64,000 nucleotides of DNA from Zestosphaera sp. (GCA_038843015.1 JAWBSH010000003.1:3634-67633); one strand, 5' to 3'; shown: positions 30,458-40,739, counted from the first letter of the stretch. The notes: a model not told the origin generated them from the sequence alone. Made by a program: numbers and translations.

Positions 30458-31462
30458 TTGAAGAGGGTGGTAGCTTCTGCGCCAGGCAAGGTCACGCTCT
30501 TCGGCGAGCACGCCGTTGTCTACGGGTATCCAGCCATAGTAGCCTCTATAGATAAGCGGATCTATGTCAGTGCAGAGTTACGTGAAGATGACAAGATCAG
30601 AATAAACGCTCAGGACTTAAGGACTTCAGGTGTGATAGTATCTATAAGTAACGGCGAAATTCAAATAACGACTGATTACGGGAAAACTCTCTCAGCCATA
30701 GGATACCTAAACAGATCAATTGAGTTAACTTCTGAGTACTTAGGTGTTAGGAAGGGGGTAAGCCTAGAAGTAAGGTCTGAGATGCCTGTAGGTGCTGGAC
30801 TAGGAACTTCGGCTGCGGTGTCAGTAGCTACGATAGCCGCTTACAGTACTTGCTTAGGTTATGAGTTAAGCAAGGATGAGATAGCGAAACTTGGATGGGA
30901 AGTCGAGAAGAGCGTACAAGGCATTGCGTCACCCATGGATACCTCGATAGCTACGTTTGGGGGAGTCCTCAAGATATGGTTTGAGGGAAGTACTGTATAT
31001 AGGGTCCCGCTAAAAGTGAGTAACGAATTACCTCTAGTCGTGGCCTACGTAGAAAGAGAAAAAAGCACTAAAGATATGGTTATGTTGGTAAGGAATTTGA
31101 GAGAGAAGCATCCCGACCTGATTAATGGTATACTAGAGCACATAGGCAAGACAACACTAGAAGCGGAGAAAGCGTTGGCTGAAGGCAACCTGCAAGAAGT
31201 AGGTACCTTGATGAACATAAATCACGGTCTCTTAGAAGCTCTAGGAGTCTCCTCAAGAAGGCTCAATGAAGTAGTATATACTGCTAGAGTAGCCGGTGCT
31301 CTAGGATCTAAACTGACAGGCGGTGGTGGTGGAGGAGCTTCAATAGCTTTGACACTCCCAGACAACATAAACGTATTGACTAACGTACTAAAACTAGTCA
31401 CTCCACACGTCTTCAAAACCAGCATACAGTATGAAGGGGTTAGAGTGACTGTTTCTCAGTAG
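30458..31462 (+). CDS. mvk: Mevalonate kinase
   Basis: APGKVTLFGEHAVVYG, GHMP motif PVGAGLGTSAA and C-terminal KLTGGGGGG. Confidence 0.85.
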   Translation: MKRVVASAPGKVTLFGEHAVVYGYPAIVASIDKRIYVSAELREDDKIRINAQDLRTSGVIVSISNGEIQITTDYGKTLSAIGYLNRSIELTSEYLGVRKGVSLEVRSEMPVGAGLGTSAAVSVATIAAYSTCLGYELSKDEIAKLGWEVEKSVQGIASPMDTSIATFGGVLKIWFEGSTVYRVPLKVSNELPLVVAYVEREKSTKDMVMLVRNLREKHPDLINGILEHIGKTTLEAEKALAEGNLQEVGTLMNINHGLLEALGVSSRRLNEVVYTARVAGALGSKLTGGGGGGASIALTLPDNINVLTNVLKLVTPHVFKTSIQYEGVRVTVSQ

Positions 31463-31470
31463 GTGGCTAT

Positions 31471-31551
31471 TCATAGGCTTTCTTGCTTTTTATGTTTGGC
31501 CTCCTAGCCATCTACTTCTCAACGGTCTCTTCAGAGCCCCTCACCGCAGAG
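31471..31551 (+). repeat. ~81-nt C/T-rich noncoding module, copy 1 (homolog of 42473-42553)
   Basis: Hand alignment to 42473-42553 gives roughly 70-75% identity (TCATAgGCTTTC...GCCTCCtAgCCATC..CTCTCAACG.TC...CCTCACcGCAGA). Confidence 0.75.
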
Positions 31552-31803
31552 GCCCCCTACAGTTGCCCGCGGTTCATAGCTCTACGGTTCTCAGAACCCT
31601 GAGAGCACTATTAGCCACTCAAGTTTTTGAAGCTTAAAAACCTTACAAACCACGCAAACAACCCAAACGAGCATCAAAAAGGAAACAGTCCTCAAATATT
31701 CTTACTAATTCGTGAGTCGAGGGCTCGCCTGTATAGGTAGTTTTTAAGCTTTCACGCACTATCTCGGCAATTTTAGTGTGGTGCTTGTAGCGTCTTATAA
31801 GTC

Positions 31804-32994
31804 TTGAAAAAATATTCTTGTTGGTCTCATATGAGGGAGTATTTGAGATACGTCGAGTTTGTAAGACCTGACTCGGTAAGAGTTTGGAGAAGCGATAAAG
31901 TTAGAGAAAGGCTCTCATGGTATTATTCTGTGATGCGGGGGGCATCGCCTCCTAAGTACTTGATAGTTAAGAGTATATCAATAGATTTCAAGAAAGATGA
32001 ATTAACCATGTTGAGTATTGATGAATTATTGAAGGAGCATTCAAGACTGCAGAGAGTTTTTGATGAGTTATGGAATGAGGTTAAGGAGTCTAAAGACTCT
32101 TGGAAGTATGTGAGGAATAAGGTGGTTGAGAGACCTTCATTTCTGGACTTGAAGATAGAATTAGCTGATAGGCTTGCAAGCCCGTGCAGACTCTGTGAGT
32201 GGAAGTGTAGTGCTTTAAGGAGTGAGGGTAGGATGGGATACTGTAGAGTTACAGGACTTAACGCGTACGTCGACACATTCTTTCATCACATGGGGGAGGA
32301 GGCCCCCTTAGTTCCTTCAGGCACTATATTCTATGTAGGTTGCAACTTCAGGTGTGTGTACTGCCAGAACTGGAGTATAAGTCAGCGAGAAGGACTGCCC
32401 TCAGAAGAAAAAACTCCTGAAGAATTAGCAGATATTCAAAAGTGGCTTGCGTTAAACGGCGCTATAAACATAAACCATGTGGGCGGAGATCCTACTCCAA
32501 ACATACCGGCTATACTGAAGTCACTTAAGTATCTAGATATTAGGACTCCTCAATTATGGAATAGTAATATGTACTTAAGTAGTGTGGCTATGGAACTCGT
32601 GAGAGACGTAATAGACATATGGTTGCCAGACCTCAAATATGGTAACGATTCTTGCGCTCTCAAATACTCTATAGTCAAGAACTATTTTGAAGTAGCGTCC
32701 AGGAACATAAAAATAGCTCATGACTCGGGTGATGTCATAATAAGACACCTAGTACTACCTAACCATGTGGAGTGCTGCACTAGGAATGTGCTTAAGTGGA
32801 TCTCAGAAAGTGTTAGAAGGGCCTTAACTAATATAATGGATCAGTATAGGCCTGAGTACTTAGTTGTTAGACAGCCTGATAAGTGGGGTGAGATAAGGAG
32901 GCGTGTTAGTACTGAGGAACTCAAGAGGGCTTTTGAGCTAGCTAGAGAATACGGTTTTGAGGGCCCTGTTGAGGATTTATGGTATCTAGAATAA
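31804..32994 (+). CDS. Radical SAM protein (PflX/COG1313-like)
   Basis: GCNFRCVYCQNW (CxxxCxxC). An upstream Cys cluster CRLCEWKC..GYCRV. Confidence 0.7.
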   Translation: MKKYSCWSHMREYLRYVEFVRPDSVRVWRSDKVRERLSWYYSVMRGASPPKYLIVKSISIDFKKDELTMLSIDELLKEHSRLQRVFDELWNEVKESKDSWKYVRNKVVERPSFLDLKIELADRLASPCRLCEWKCSALRSEGRMGYCRVTGLNAYVDTFFHHMGEEAPLVPSGTIFYVGCNFRCVYCQNWSISQREGLPSEEKTPEELADIQKWLALNGAININHVGGDPTPNIPAILKSLKYLDIRTPQLWNSNMYLSSVAMELVRDVIDIWLPDLKYGNDSCALKYSIVKNYFEVASRNIKIAHDSGDVIIRHLVLPNHVECCTRNVLKWISESVRRALTNIMDQYRPEYLVVRQPDKWGEIRRRVSTEELKRAFELAREYGFEGPVEDLWYLE

Positions 32995-33051
32995 GCTTAA
33001 TTAATGGTTACATTCATATTTGTTGGTGCCGAAACTGTATTCAGAGAATAG

Positions 33052-33960
33052 GTGTTTGAGTTTATGAGAGCGGTCCATGCCTCTTTCACTCTTAATCTGG
33101 CATCACTTATGCTGAAATTAGCTAGTGCACTTAACGCTACCTCAGTAGCTGTCAATGCAGAGTTTCTTCACTCTCTAGGCGATACTATAGGCTCAGGACT
33201 TTTAGTTTTTGGGCTCTCTATAAGTAAGAAAAGCCCTTCTGCAAGGTATCCCTTTGGCTTTGGTAGAGCTATATATGTTTTCGGTTTAATAACGTCAGCT
33301 ATTCTAGGAGGGTTTCTCTTCGCAATAACGTCTACTTCCGGCGTCCAGCAACTTATCTTAATGGAGGAAGTGTCTTCTTCCACGCTTTCCGTCACATCTC
33401 TTACGCTCGCGTTTATACTGGACCTGGCAGTGCTTTCTTGGAGTTTAATAGAGCTTAGGAAGATGCCGAAAGACCCTGCATCCAGGGGCGCGCTAGTCGA
33501 GAACCTCTCTGACTCGGTTGGTGAACTCGCGGCCCTCATATCACTAACTACCGGCAATCCCTGGATTGACGGGGTGGGAGCTCTAATAGTTTCAGCTATC
33601 TTACTCTCGTCTTCTGCCCTCCTTAGTTACAGGTATTTTGAGGTTCTAGTAGGTAAGTCAGCACCCAGAAACGTGGTTGGTAGGGCAGTCAAGATTGTTT
33701 TGTCAGATCCTAGAATAGTTGACGTTAATGACGTGAAGTCCTTATTTATAGGTCCTGACGAGTACCTTATTGTCTTGCAGGTTGAGGTTTCAGAAACTAC
33801 TAGCGTGGAGGAGGTAGATAGCATAAGGAGAGAATTAAGCGAGAGAATCCGTGAGGGACTGCCAGAAGTAAAGCACGTGATAATAGAGTTCCATAAACCA
33901 ACCTCACCTCCGATGAGTTTTAAGAAGATACTTAAGGAAATAATTACTTTAGGGGATTAG
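33052..33960 (+). CDS. Cation diffusion facilitator family transporter
   Basis: Six hydrophobic segments. LHSLGD and LSDSVGE metal-site-like motifs. A C-terminal soluble domain. Confidence 0.6.
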   Translation: MFEFMRAVHASFTLNLASLMLKLASALNATSVAVNAEFLHSLGDTIGSGLLVFGLSISKKSPSARYPFGFGRAIYVFGLITSAILGGFLFAITSTSGVQQLILMEEVSSSTLSVTSLTLAFILDLAVLSWSLIELRKMPKDPASRGALVENLSDSVGELAALISLTTGNPWIDGVGALIVSAILLSSSALLSYRYFEVLVGKSAPRNVVGRAVKIVLSDPRIVDVNDVKSLFIGPDEYLIVLQVEVSETTSVEEVDSIRRELSERIREGLPEVKHVIIEFHKPTSPPMSFKKILKEIITLGD

Positions 33961-34096
33961 CGTAATTACATATTTCTCTAGGTTTCCTGAGTGCCTTAAC
34001 AGCAATCAATGTATGTCGCATTTGTCGTGATGAAGCTGGCAAAATGCCTGACTCTTTATAAGGTAATGAAGTGCTCTAGATGTTTTAGGGAGTTAC

Positions 34097-34429
34097 TTGA
34101 CATATAGTGTGTCAAGTAAGAATGAAGTTAGCGAGTTCGTACACGAAGAAAAAGAGACTCCTGAGGAAGTTGTTGATAGGTTCGGTCTAGTGATGAAGGT
34201 GGATAGTAAGGGTCGTGTAGCCGACGTGATAGTCAACGCCCCTACGAAAGTTGTGGATCCTGAAATAGTAGCTAAGATATCGCTTATAATGAGTGTTCTC
34301 GCCAGGAATTTACTTAACTACGTTAATTCTCAGAGGATTGAGGAGATTAACGTGAGTTTTAATAATGGGATGCTCTTGATAATACCTGAAGATAACGATA
34401 TTAGAGTTGCCTTAATAACCTCAACTTAG
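34097..34429 (+). CDS. Hypothetical protein (possible Roadblock/LC7-like fold)
   Basis: 110 aa. The pattern KVDSKGRV...INVSFNNGMLLIIPEDNDIRVALI weakly recalls Roadblock/MglB proteins. Confidence 0.3.
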   Translation: MTYSVSSKNEVSEFVHEEKETPEEVVDRFGLVMKVDSKGRVADVIVNAPTKVVDPEIVAKISLIMSVLARNLLNYVNSQRIEEINVSFNNGMLLIIPEDNDIRVALITST

Positions 34430-34498
34430 GCGAATTCAAGAAAGCTGGTGCTCTCAAGTACTGGTAGTGTAGTTACAAAAATCAAAATATTTTAATTC

Positions 34499-34759
34499 TT
34501 AAATCCCTCTCGCGTGCTTGGAGGTGTTTCTGTTTTCTTTAATCTTTGGTAGTTTAACTACCTCAACAGCAATCCCGTCTTCTCTCTTCTTAAGTGTGAC
34601 TTCTTGTAGTACCTCTCTATAGCCACAGGCTCTACACTTAATGACGTACCTAGCTACCTTATACCCATTACTCAATTCGACCTCCCCGTAGTAGGTCATA
34701 GGTTTGCCGCAAGTAGGGCATCTTGCTCCGTTAGTGCTGCTTAGCGTCACTGTTGTCAC
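34499..34759 (-). CDS. Small zinc-ribbon protein
   Basis: CPTCG...CRACG pairs of CxxC. 86 aa. Confidence 0.4.
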   Translation of the reverse strand: MTTVTLSSTNGARCPTCGKPMTYYGEVELSNGYKVARYVIKCRACGYREVLQEVTLKKREDGIAVEVVKLPKIKENRNTSKHARGI

Positions 34760-34864
34760 CCTGTTGCTAGTCCTCAGTTCTTCAAAATAGTATTTGATTT
34801 AATGAGTAAATAAGTTCATTACATAAATATATTTTTATGAGGAGTTCCCGATAATTACGAAAAT

Positions 34865-35398
34865 CTAATCTAGTGTGAGGCCAGTCTTCAAAGCTTTAAT
34901 ATTTATCTCATGTAGGTTCTCAGAAATAATTTCTTTTAACGCTTTCTCTACATGCTCAACTTTCTGCACTCCTGTTTTAGCTATTAGATGTCCTAGAGCC
35001 ACTATATTAGCCACTCTAGAAGTTCCTACGTTTTTCTCAGCTATCTCGTTATATGGTTTTAAGAAAACTTTTTGAGTTTTGTAGGGGTGTTCCTCACCGA
35101 ATGAAGAGTTAATGAATACGTAGGCATTCTCTTTCAAAATTTCTGAATATTTCGTTAGGTTGTAGGGGTACATGAAGAGTGCTATGTCAGCATTTAATAC
35201 TCTCACATAATCTATTTCTTCAGGGTTGTCAGATATTACTAGGTCTACGCGTGACTCCCCTCCTCTAGTTTCGGAAGCGTATGCTTCCACACTAGTTACG
35301 TATAGACCAGCATATTTGGATGCTGCAACTCCTATCACGCGACCAAGTAATAGAATTCCCTGACCTCCTCTACCAACGATGAGCATCTCTACTTTCAT
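34865..35398 (-). CDS. 2-oxoacid:ferredoxin oxidoreductase, gamma subunit
   Basis: IVGRGGQGILLLGRVIG motif. Last gene of a delta-alpha-beta-gamma operon. Confidence 0.8.
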   Translation of the reverse strand: MKVEMLIVGRGGQGILLLGRVIGVAASKYAGLYVTSVEAYASETRGGESRVDLVISDNPEEIDYVRVLNADIALFMYPYNLTKYSEILKENAYVFINSSFGEEHPYKTQKVFLKPYNEIAEKNVGTSRVANIVALGHLIAKTGVQKVEHVEKALKEIISENLHEINIKALKTGLTLD

Positions 35399-36231
35399 TT
35401 CGATATCCCCTTAACCCTGTCTAAATAACTTGGATTATCACGAATTAAATACTCTCCTACAACTAAGCCTTTCTCCCAATCAGGGTCTGACTCATCAACG
35501 CTGGGTGATTGCTTAACAACTATCTTACTCTTTAGAGAGTTATATAGAGTGAGGGGGTCTCTTATACCTATGTGTCTACCGAACACTTCAGGACATGTTG
35601 AAAGTATTTCTATAAACCTAAAGCCTCTCATACCTAGAGCTTTATACACGTACTGCTCTACTAGTATGGGATGCGTAACTGAAGCCCTAGCTACGTAGTT
35701 AGCGTTAAGAGAGGAGACTACTCTGATTACATTTAAAGGTGGTTCAGGGTTCCCGTGGGGGGTCGTGGTAGTGTATAGACCGAGCGGTGTTGTAGGAGCT
35801 ACTTGACCTCCAGTCATTGCATAAACAAAGTTAGTTATCATTACGACTATCAAGTCCATGTTTCTCTTAGCGGCATGGAGTAAGTGATTACCTCCTATAC
35901 CGGCTATGTCGCCGTCGCCCCCGATAACTATCACTTCTAGTTCGGGCTTTGCTAGCTTAGCGCCCGTGGCAAAAGCTATGGCTCTACCGTGTAGGGTGTG
36001 CGCAGCGTCAAAATTGACGTAGAAGGAAGTTCTTGCGGAGCAACCGATGCCTGTGACGAAGACTACGTTCTCTTTTTTAAGAGTACCCTCTTTAATTCTC
36101 TTATCTATTGCTCTCATCACGCCTCCTAAAGCTATTCCAATCCCGCATCCGGGACACCATATATGCGGTAGTCTCGTAGTCCTTAAGTACCGGTCCAGTG
36201 GGTGGGAGTTCTCTACGTCACTCACAACCAC
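35395..36231 (-). CDS. 2-oxoacid:ferredoxin oxidoreductase, beta (TPP-binding) subunit
   Basis: WCPGCG, GIGCS and the TPP motif GGDGDIAGIGGNH. Confidence 0.85.
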   Translation of the reverse strand: MVVSDVENSHPLDRYLRTTRLPHIWCPGCGIGIALGGVMRAIDKRIKEGTLKKENVVFVTGIGCSARTSFYVNFDAAHTLHGRAIAFATGAKLAKPELEVIVIGGDGDIAGIGGNHLLHAAKRNMDLIVVMITNFVYAMTGGQVAPTTPLGLYTTTTPHGNPEPPLNVIRVVSSLNANYVARASVTHPILVEQYVYKALGMRGFRFIEILSTCPEVFGRHIGIRDPLTLYNSLKSKIVVKQSPSVDESDPDWEKGLVVGEYLIRDNPSYLDRVKGISK

Positions 36232-37385
36232 TTCTTAACACCCTCTACAATATCTTTTGGCTCAGGTATTTCTAAATCTAACAACGATAGAGGAATGACC
36301 TTATTATCTTCAGCTACTCTCTCGACGTCATATAATAACTTACCCGTATTATTCTCTACAACAAATACTTTCTCAGCCTTGTCACAGTACTTCTTAAGAG
36401 TTTCAAGTTTAAGAGGCCATAAAGTCTTGAGTCTAAGTAAGCCAGCCTTGATGCCTGACTTCCTAAGGATCCTAACAGCTGCTAATGCTGATCTGGCTGT
36501 AGACCCAAATGAAACTAAGAGGTATTTATAGTCGTCGCTATAATAAGCTTCTATCTCAAATATTGAGTCAACCTTATTTAAAATCTTGTTGGTAATCCTG
36601 TTGATGAGACTACGATATGTTGCTTTATCTTGCCTGTAAAAACCTCTCTCATCATGTACTAATGACTCAACTAATACGCTATAACCTTCGCCAAAAGTCG
36701 CCATAGGCGGTACTAAGTCATCGTCTGGCTTGTAAGGTAAGTATGTGTCTGGCGGAACACTAGGCTTTTTCCTGTTGATTATCTCTATTTCATCAGGCTC
36801 TGAAATGAGTACAGACTCCCATAAATGCGCGATTACAGCGTCTGAGAGCAATATTACTGGAGTTCTCAGAGACTCAGCTATGTTGAACGCTTTTATAGTT
36901 AGGTCATAAGCCTCCTGTGCAGACCATGGCGCGAGAACCGGAATCACGTAATCTCCGTGAGCGCCGTATCTCACTTGCATGACGTCACTCTGAGAAGTCT
37001 TTGTAGGGACCCCCGTAGAGGGTCCCGCTCTCATGATGTCCGCAATGACTACAGGCGTCTCAGTTATTACGGCGAGACCCAGCGCCTCAAGCATGAGTGA
37101 GAATCCAGGACCTGACGTAGCTGTCATAGACTTAACTCCGGCCCATGATGCGCCTATTGCGGCATTTATTGATGCGATCTCATCTTCAAACTGCATAGTT
37201 ACTCCCCCAATTCTAGACAGCTTCTCAGCCAGGTACTCCATAATCTCGGAAGCAGGTGTTATTGGATAACCAGCGTAAAATCTCATGCCAGCAGTTATAG
37301 CGCCTTCAGCTATAGCTATATTACCTGAAATAAAGGATTTTTTCATTTCCTGAGAACCTCCACAAAAACTGCGAAGTCGGGACAA
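36222..37385 (-). CDS. 2-oxoacid:ferredoxin oxidoreductase, alpha subunit
   Basis: GNIAIAEGAI..AGYPITPASEI start. 387 aa. Confidence 0.85.
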   Translation of the reverse strand: MSRLRSFCGGSQEMKKSFISGNIAIAEGAITAGMRFYAGYPITPASEIMEYLAEKLSRIGGVTMQFEDEIASINAAIGASWAGVKSMTATSGPGFSLMLEALGLAVITETPVVIADIMRAGPSTGVPTKTSQSDVMQVRYGAHGDYVIPVLAPWSAQEAYDLTIKAFNIAESLRTPVILLSDAVIAHLWESVLISEPDEIEIINRKKPSVPPDTYLPYKPDDDLVPPMATFGEGYSVLVESLVHDERGFYRQDKATYRSLINRITNKILNKVDSIFEIEAYYSDDYKYLLVSFGSTARSALAAVRILRKSGIKAGLLRLKTLWPLKLETLKKYCDKAEKVFVVENNTGKLLYDVERVAEDNKVIPLSLLDLEIPEPKDIVEGVKKWL

Positions 37386-37615
37386 CTATATTCGCAGAGT
37401 CTGCAACCAATACATTTCTCGATATTTGCTGGGAGAGGATATCTGAAACCATACTCATTATATTTGCTACCTCTCACTAAGACTTTAGTAGGGCAAACAC
37501 CTATACATATACCGCATTCCTTACACCTACTCGTTACTATACTGACACGAAATCGCGCATTAGAAGCACTCACTAATTTCGTGGTGGTTGAGGCATACGT
37601 AGGTAATCTCATCAC
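37343..37615 (-). CDS. 2-oxoacid:ferredoxin oxidoreductase, delta subunit (2x[4Fe-4S] ferredoxin)
   Basis: CKECGICIGVCP and CIGCRLCEYSCP. Confidence 0.75.
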   Translation of the reverse strand: MMRLPTYASTTTKLVSASNARFRVSIVTSRCKECGICIGVCPTKVLVRGSKYNEYGFRYPLPANIEKCIGCRLCEYSCPDFAVFVEVLRK

Positions 37616-37969
37616 CCTATAATACTTTAATTAGAATTAAAAAAGATTCTGTTAACACCTAAACTGGTTTAAAGTTCATAGGTAATATTTAAACACCTCT
37701 CATCAAGTCTCAGGAGGATAGTATAGTTGATGAATTCAATTAACTAGGAGAATATATCAACAACATACCTGACGTATGGGGTGAGAGACTTAAACAGAAG
37801 CACCCAACGTATTATCAGTAATTGATGATATATCTCGAGTCCAGTACTACGCAGGATAGGATTAACGCGCCCAAGATCTGGCGCGAGACTAAATAATCAA
37901 GGAGTAGGCTGTTTTTATGTTTTTGTGGTGGTCTAAACTAATTCATAAGCTATGGAATGCCTGGTTAAA

Positions 37970-38193
37970 GGGGTTTGGGTTTCATGTTGTTTGTTATTTA
38001 TCCTTGGCTTCACAGACCTCGAGACGACCTCGACTCACAGCCCCTTACTGAGTTCATTGCTGTGGGGGACCCCACATCCTGGCGTTGAATGTCCTGCCCG
38101 CCCAAGTCTTCACTACTTACTCACATTGTAGGCAGGCTCAACCCACAATAAAGTATCAACTCTTGCAAGCCTTCAAGAAACCCGAAACAGCTA
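37970..38193 (+). repeat. 224-bp inverted repeat, copy A
   Basis: Identical (224/224 by hand alignment) to the reverse complement of 42556-42779. It is noncoding. Its termini are complementary (GTTTGGGTTTC...GAAACCCGAAAC). Confidence 0.97.
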
Positions 38194-38218
38194 CACGAGG
38201 CTTCAAACAACCAAGTTT

Positions 38219-38935
38219 TTAGAGTACCTTAGCCAGCTTAAGAAGATGTGATGGAGGAAGTAAGATCAGGAAGCCTTGGAGTTTTGGCGTATTAAATACT
38301 TCATAAACCTTTCTGCAATCGCATACGCTATCATGACCAGATAAGAAATCCTTAAGAAACTCCTCGAACATGTTAGGCGATTTTATATACATGTAACTAG
38401 CTATTAAGAGGACTAGATACAAGTCCCAACCCATGTGCGGAGGTTCTGCCTCAGATAGTGCCTGTTCCGCGTCTATAACGTAAATTAAGTCGTTAGTGCC
38501 TACCAGAAAATTAGTTAGTTTGACGTCTCCTAAAGCCCACCCTTCTCTATGGATCTCTCCTAAAACTCTACCTAAGTTATTTGCATCAATGTCTATATCT
38601 AGCATCCTGCCCTCCACGTACTCACGCAATATTTTATGGTTCTCTTTATCAACTTCAACTATCTTAGGTGTCTTAAAGAATCTCCATTCCTTACTGAAGA
38701 AAGCAAGTTCTCTCTCCAGCCTCTCGGCAGGGTCGTACGTGAAGGGGTAAACAAAACTTAAGAAAGTGCTTAGAGGAAACCACTTGAATGACGACTTCTC
38801 TCCTGTGAAGCTTTTGAGCACGTACTTCACACCAGACCTCTCAATAATCTCAGACTGTGAAACCATCTTATCTAGCAAAGCAATCAGTCCTAACCTATTC
38901 ACCTCACTCAACCTAACATAGTAATTTATTACCAC
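38219..38935 (-). CDS. Small atypical protein kinase-like protein (Bud32/RIO/Kdo-kinase-like)
   Basis: Catalytic-loop-like GDVKLTNFLV and IYVIDAEQA (DFG-equivalent). 238 aa. Confidence 0.5.
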   Translation of the reverse strand: MVINYYVRLSEVNRLGLIALLDKMVSQSEIIERSGVKYVLKSFTGEKSSFKWFPLSTFLSFVYPFTYDPAERLERELAFFSKEWRFFKTPKIVEVDKENHKILREYVEGRMLDIDIDANNLGRVLGEIHREGWALGDVKLTNFLVGTNDLIYVIDAEQALSEAEPPHMGWDLYLVLLIASYMYIKSPNMFEEFLKDFLSGHDSVCDCRKVYEVFNTPKLQGFLILLPPSHLLKLAKVL

Positions 38936-38954
38936 GTAATTAAGTTTCCTTAGG

Positions 38955-39686
38955 GTGAGTGCAGTGGCATACTACCAAAGTAAGAAACAACTAGTTTTCT
39001 CGCTCGTATACTCTCAAGTACTTATCCTCAGTCTAGCCATAATAAACGTGTTCTACCCTCAATACTATCAGTACACCTTCATAGTGTTCTTCATAGTAGC
39101 GATACTCTTCACTAGCTGGAGTGTAAGAAAGTCGAGAATAGGTAGCGGTATATCACCGAGCGAGGTTAAGACTGGCAGACTACTCTTCAAAGCATCAAGA
39201 AATGACGTATTAGAACTTCAAGGCAAGGACACAGAACTAGTTTCTGAGCTGAAGCCTATGCTTAAAGTCTCGCTACTCAATCTAGCGATATTCCCAGTAT
39301 TTATGATATGGTACTGGTGGTATTTCGACTTCATCAGAACACTAGCTATAGAAGCAACCGAACATAGGTTTTTAGCATATCTGATAGGCTATGAAGTGCC
39401 TTATGGCCTCGTTCAAATCATGAATCTAGCTGGGAGGAGAGCTGTCAAATCTTTCGTGCAAGTCGTCTCAGAATATGAGGTCTACGATAAGGGGATCGTG
39501 GGGGCCGGAATCACTTTGAAATTCCCTCTAAAAACTGACCAATATAGAGTAGAGTACAACACGAAAAGAATGTACGTAGACCTGATTCAGACTTCCAGTA
39601 GCAAAACATCTGTTAAGCTTAGATTCTACACGAAAAATCCTGAGAGACTTTACGAAGTATTAAGGAGGTACGCCTTAACTACTTAA
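38955..39686 (+). CDS. Hypothetical membrane protein
   Basis: Two N-terminal and further central hydrophobic helices. I recognised no family. Confidence 0.35.
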   Translation: MSAVAYYQSKKQLVFSLVYSQVLILSLAIINVFYPQYYQYTFIVFFIVAILFTSWSVRKSRIGSGISPSEVKTGRLLFKASRNDVLELQGKDTELVSELKPMLKVSLLNLAIFPVFMIWYWWYFDFIRTLAIEATEHRFLAYLIGYEVPYGLVQIMNLAGRRAVKSFVQVVSEYEVYDKGIVGAGITLKFPLKTDQYRVEYNTKRMYVDLIQTSSSKTSVKLRFYTKNPERLYEVLRRYALTT

Positions 39687-39772
39687 GAAAACTAGCTGAG
39701 AACAGAACAACAATAAGATATGAGTTACAAGCCCATAAACGACTAGCAATTCTCAGCAAGTTCCCTTAAATA

Positions 39773-40099
39773 TTATTTCATAGCATTACTACTACGTGCG
39801 TTATCTAGAGAAGATAGTAGGGCTAGACCCTTACTACTTAGTCTTACTCGCGTTTCTTTCTCTTTATTCTCCACTACAATTAGCCCTACTTGAGCCAATA
39901 GCGTTAGGTCATTCTCTAAGTCTTTAGAGTAGGGGCCGAAAGAATACTTCACGAAGTCGTAACCGAACCTAACTCCTCTCTCGCTCTGCAATTTATAGAC
40001 TATCTTATGAAGCTCCAGCAAGCCACTCAAGTTCTCGTTTTCTTTAATTATCCTTAACAACCACAAAAGGGGTAACTTACTTTCTAACATTTTACTCAC
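39773..40099 (-). CDS. Hypothetical small protein (possible winged-helix)
   Basis: 108 aa. LHKIVYKLQ...YSFGPYSKDLENDL pattern. The family is uncertain. Confidence 0.3.
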   Translation of the reverse strand: MSKMLESKLPLLWLLRIIKENENLSGLLELHKIVYKLQSERGVRFGYDFVKYSFGPYSKDLENDLTLLAQVGLIVVENKEKETRVRLSSKGLALLSSLDNARSSNAMK

Positions 40100-40181
40100 A
40101 TAACAACTCTGTACTTCATAACCATATAAAAGACTTTAGCCACACTCACGACTCCTAAGTTTCTCAAAATTCTCGCGCGTC

Positions 40182-40739
40182 TCAAGCTTCAAGAGATTCT
40201 AAGCTATTATTGTATGCCTCTTCATTCACCCATCTCAGCAAAGCCATCAAAACAGATAGTCGAGTCAAGTGAGTCCTGTTTAATAATCCCTTAGAGAGTA
40301 AGTGGATAACTCCCTCACGTTCACCAATATCTTCGATGTTGTAAGTTTTAGCAACAGCTTCTTCTAATTCTCTAACCTCATTCCTCACAATTAACCTCAT
40401 TAACTTATCTGGTATTTGAAATCCGGGTGAGAAGCCTATCGCTTGACGCCCTCTTAAGTCTCTGACTATAGTTACCTGCACGTCCACATAAGTATTAGGC
40501 ATTACTTCTATTATTCCCGCCTCAACACCTACGTAGAAGTCACAGTCCTTGCGCGATAATGAAGTATGAACTCTCCTTAAAGCTCCTTCAAGAATCTCGT
40601 TAAGACCTACAGGTTGAGGTCTTAAGTCTCTAGACTCGACACTAACTAACTCTATGTCTCCAATATTGAATGCTTCTCTGAAGGCCTGTTTTATGCCTTC
40701 TAGCTTCGAAGGATTCTTAGTACCGGCGCAGACCCTCAT
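40182..40739 (-). CDS. Inosine/xanthosine triphosphatase-like NTPase (DUF84/YjjX family)
   Basis: AGTKNPSKLEGIKQAF start and VGVEAGI motif. 185 aa. Confidence 0.65.
   Translation of the reverse strand: MRVCAGTKNPSKLEGIKQAFREAFNIGDIELVSVESRDLRPQPVGLNEILEGALRRVHTSLSRKDCDFYVGVEAGIIEVMPNTYVDVQVTIVRDLRGRQAIGFSPGFQIPDKLMRLIVRNEVRELEEAVAKTYNIEDIGEREGVIHLLSKGLLNRTHLTRLSVLMALLRWVNEEAYNNSLESLEA

Noticed and set aside
34027-34096. GTGATGA ... CTGA ... ATGAAG string resembling C/D boxes upstream of 34097
   Set aside because: Spacers are 14, 14 and about 25 nt instead of ~12. There is no terminal D box or stem. The CTCTTTATAAGG in the middle is better explained as the TATA box of the downstream gene.
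37963-37968. GGTTAA on the outer flank of repeat copy A and again at 42780-42785 outside copy B, a possible target-site duplication of a composite element
   Set aside because: The left copy is separated from the repeat boundary by one extra base, while the right copy abuts it. A 6-mer match is easily due to chance, and no transposase or integrase lies inside the bracketed segment.
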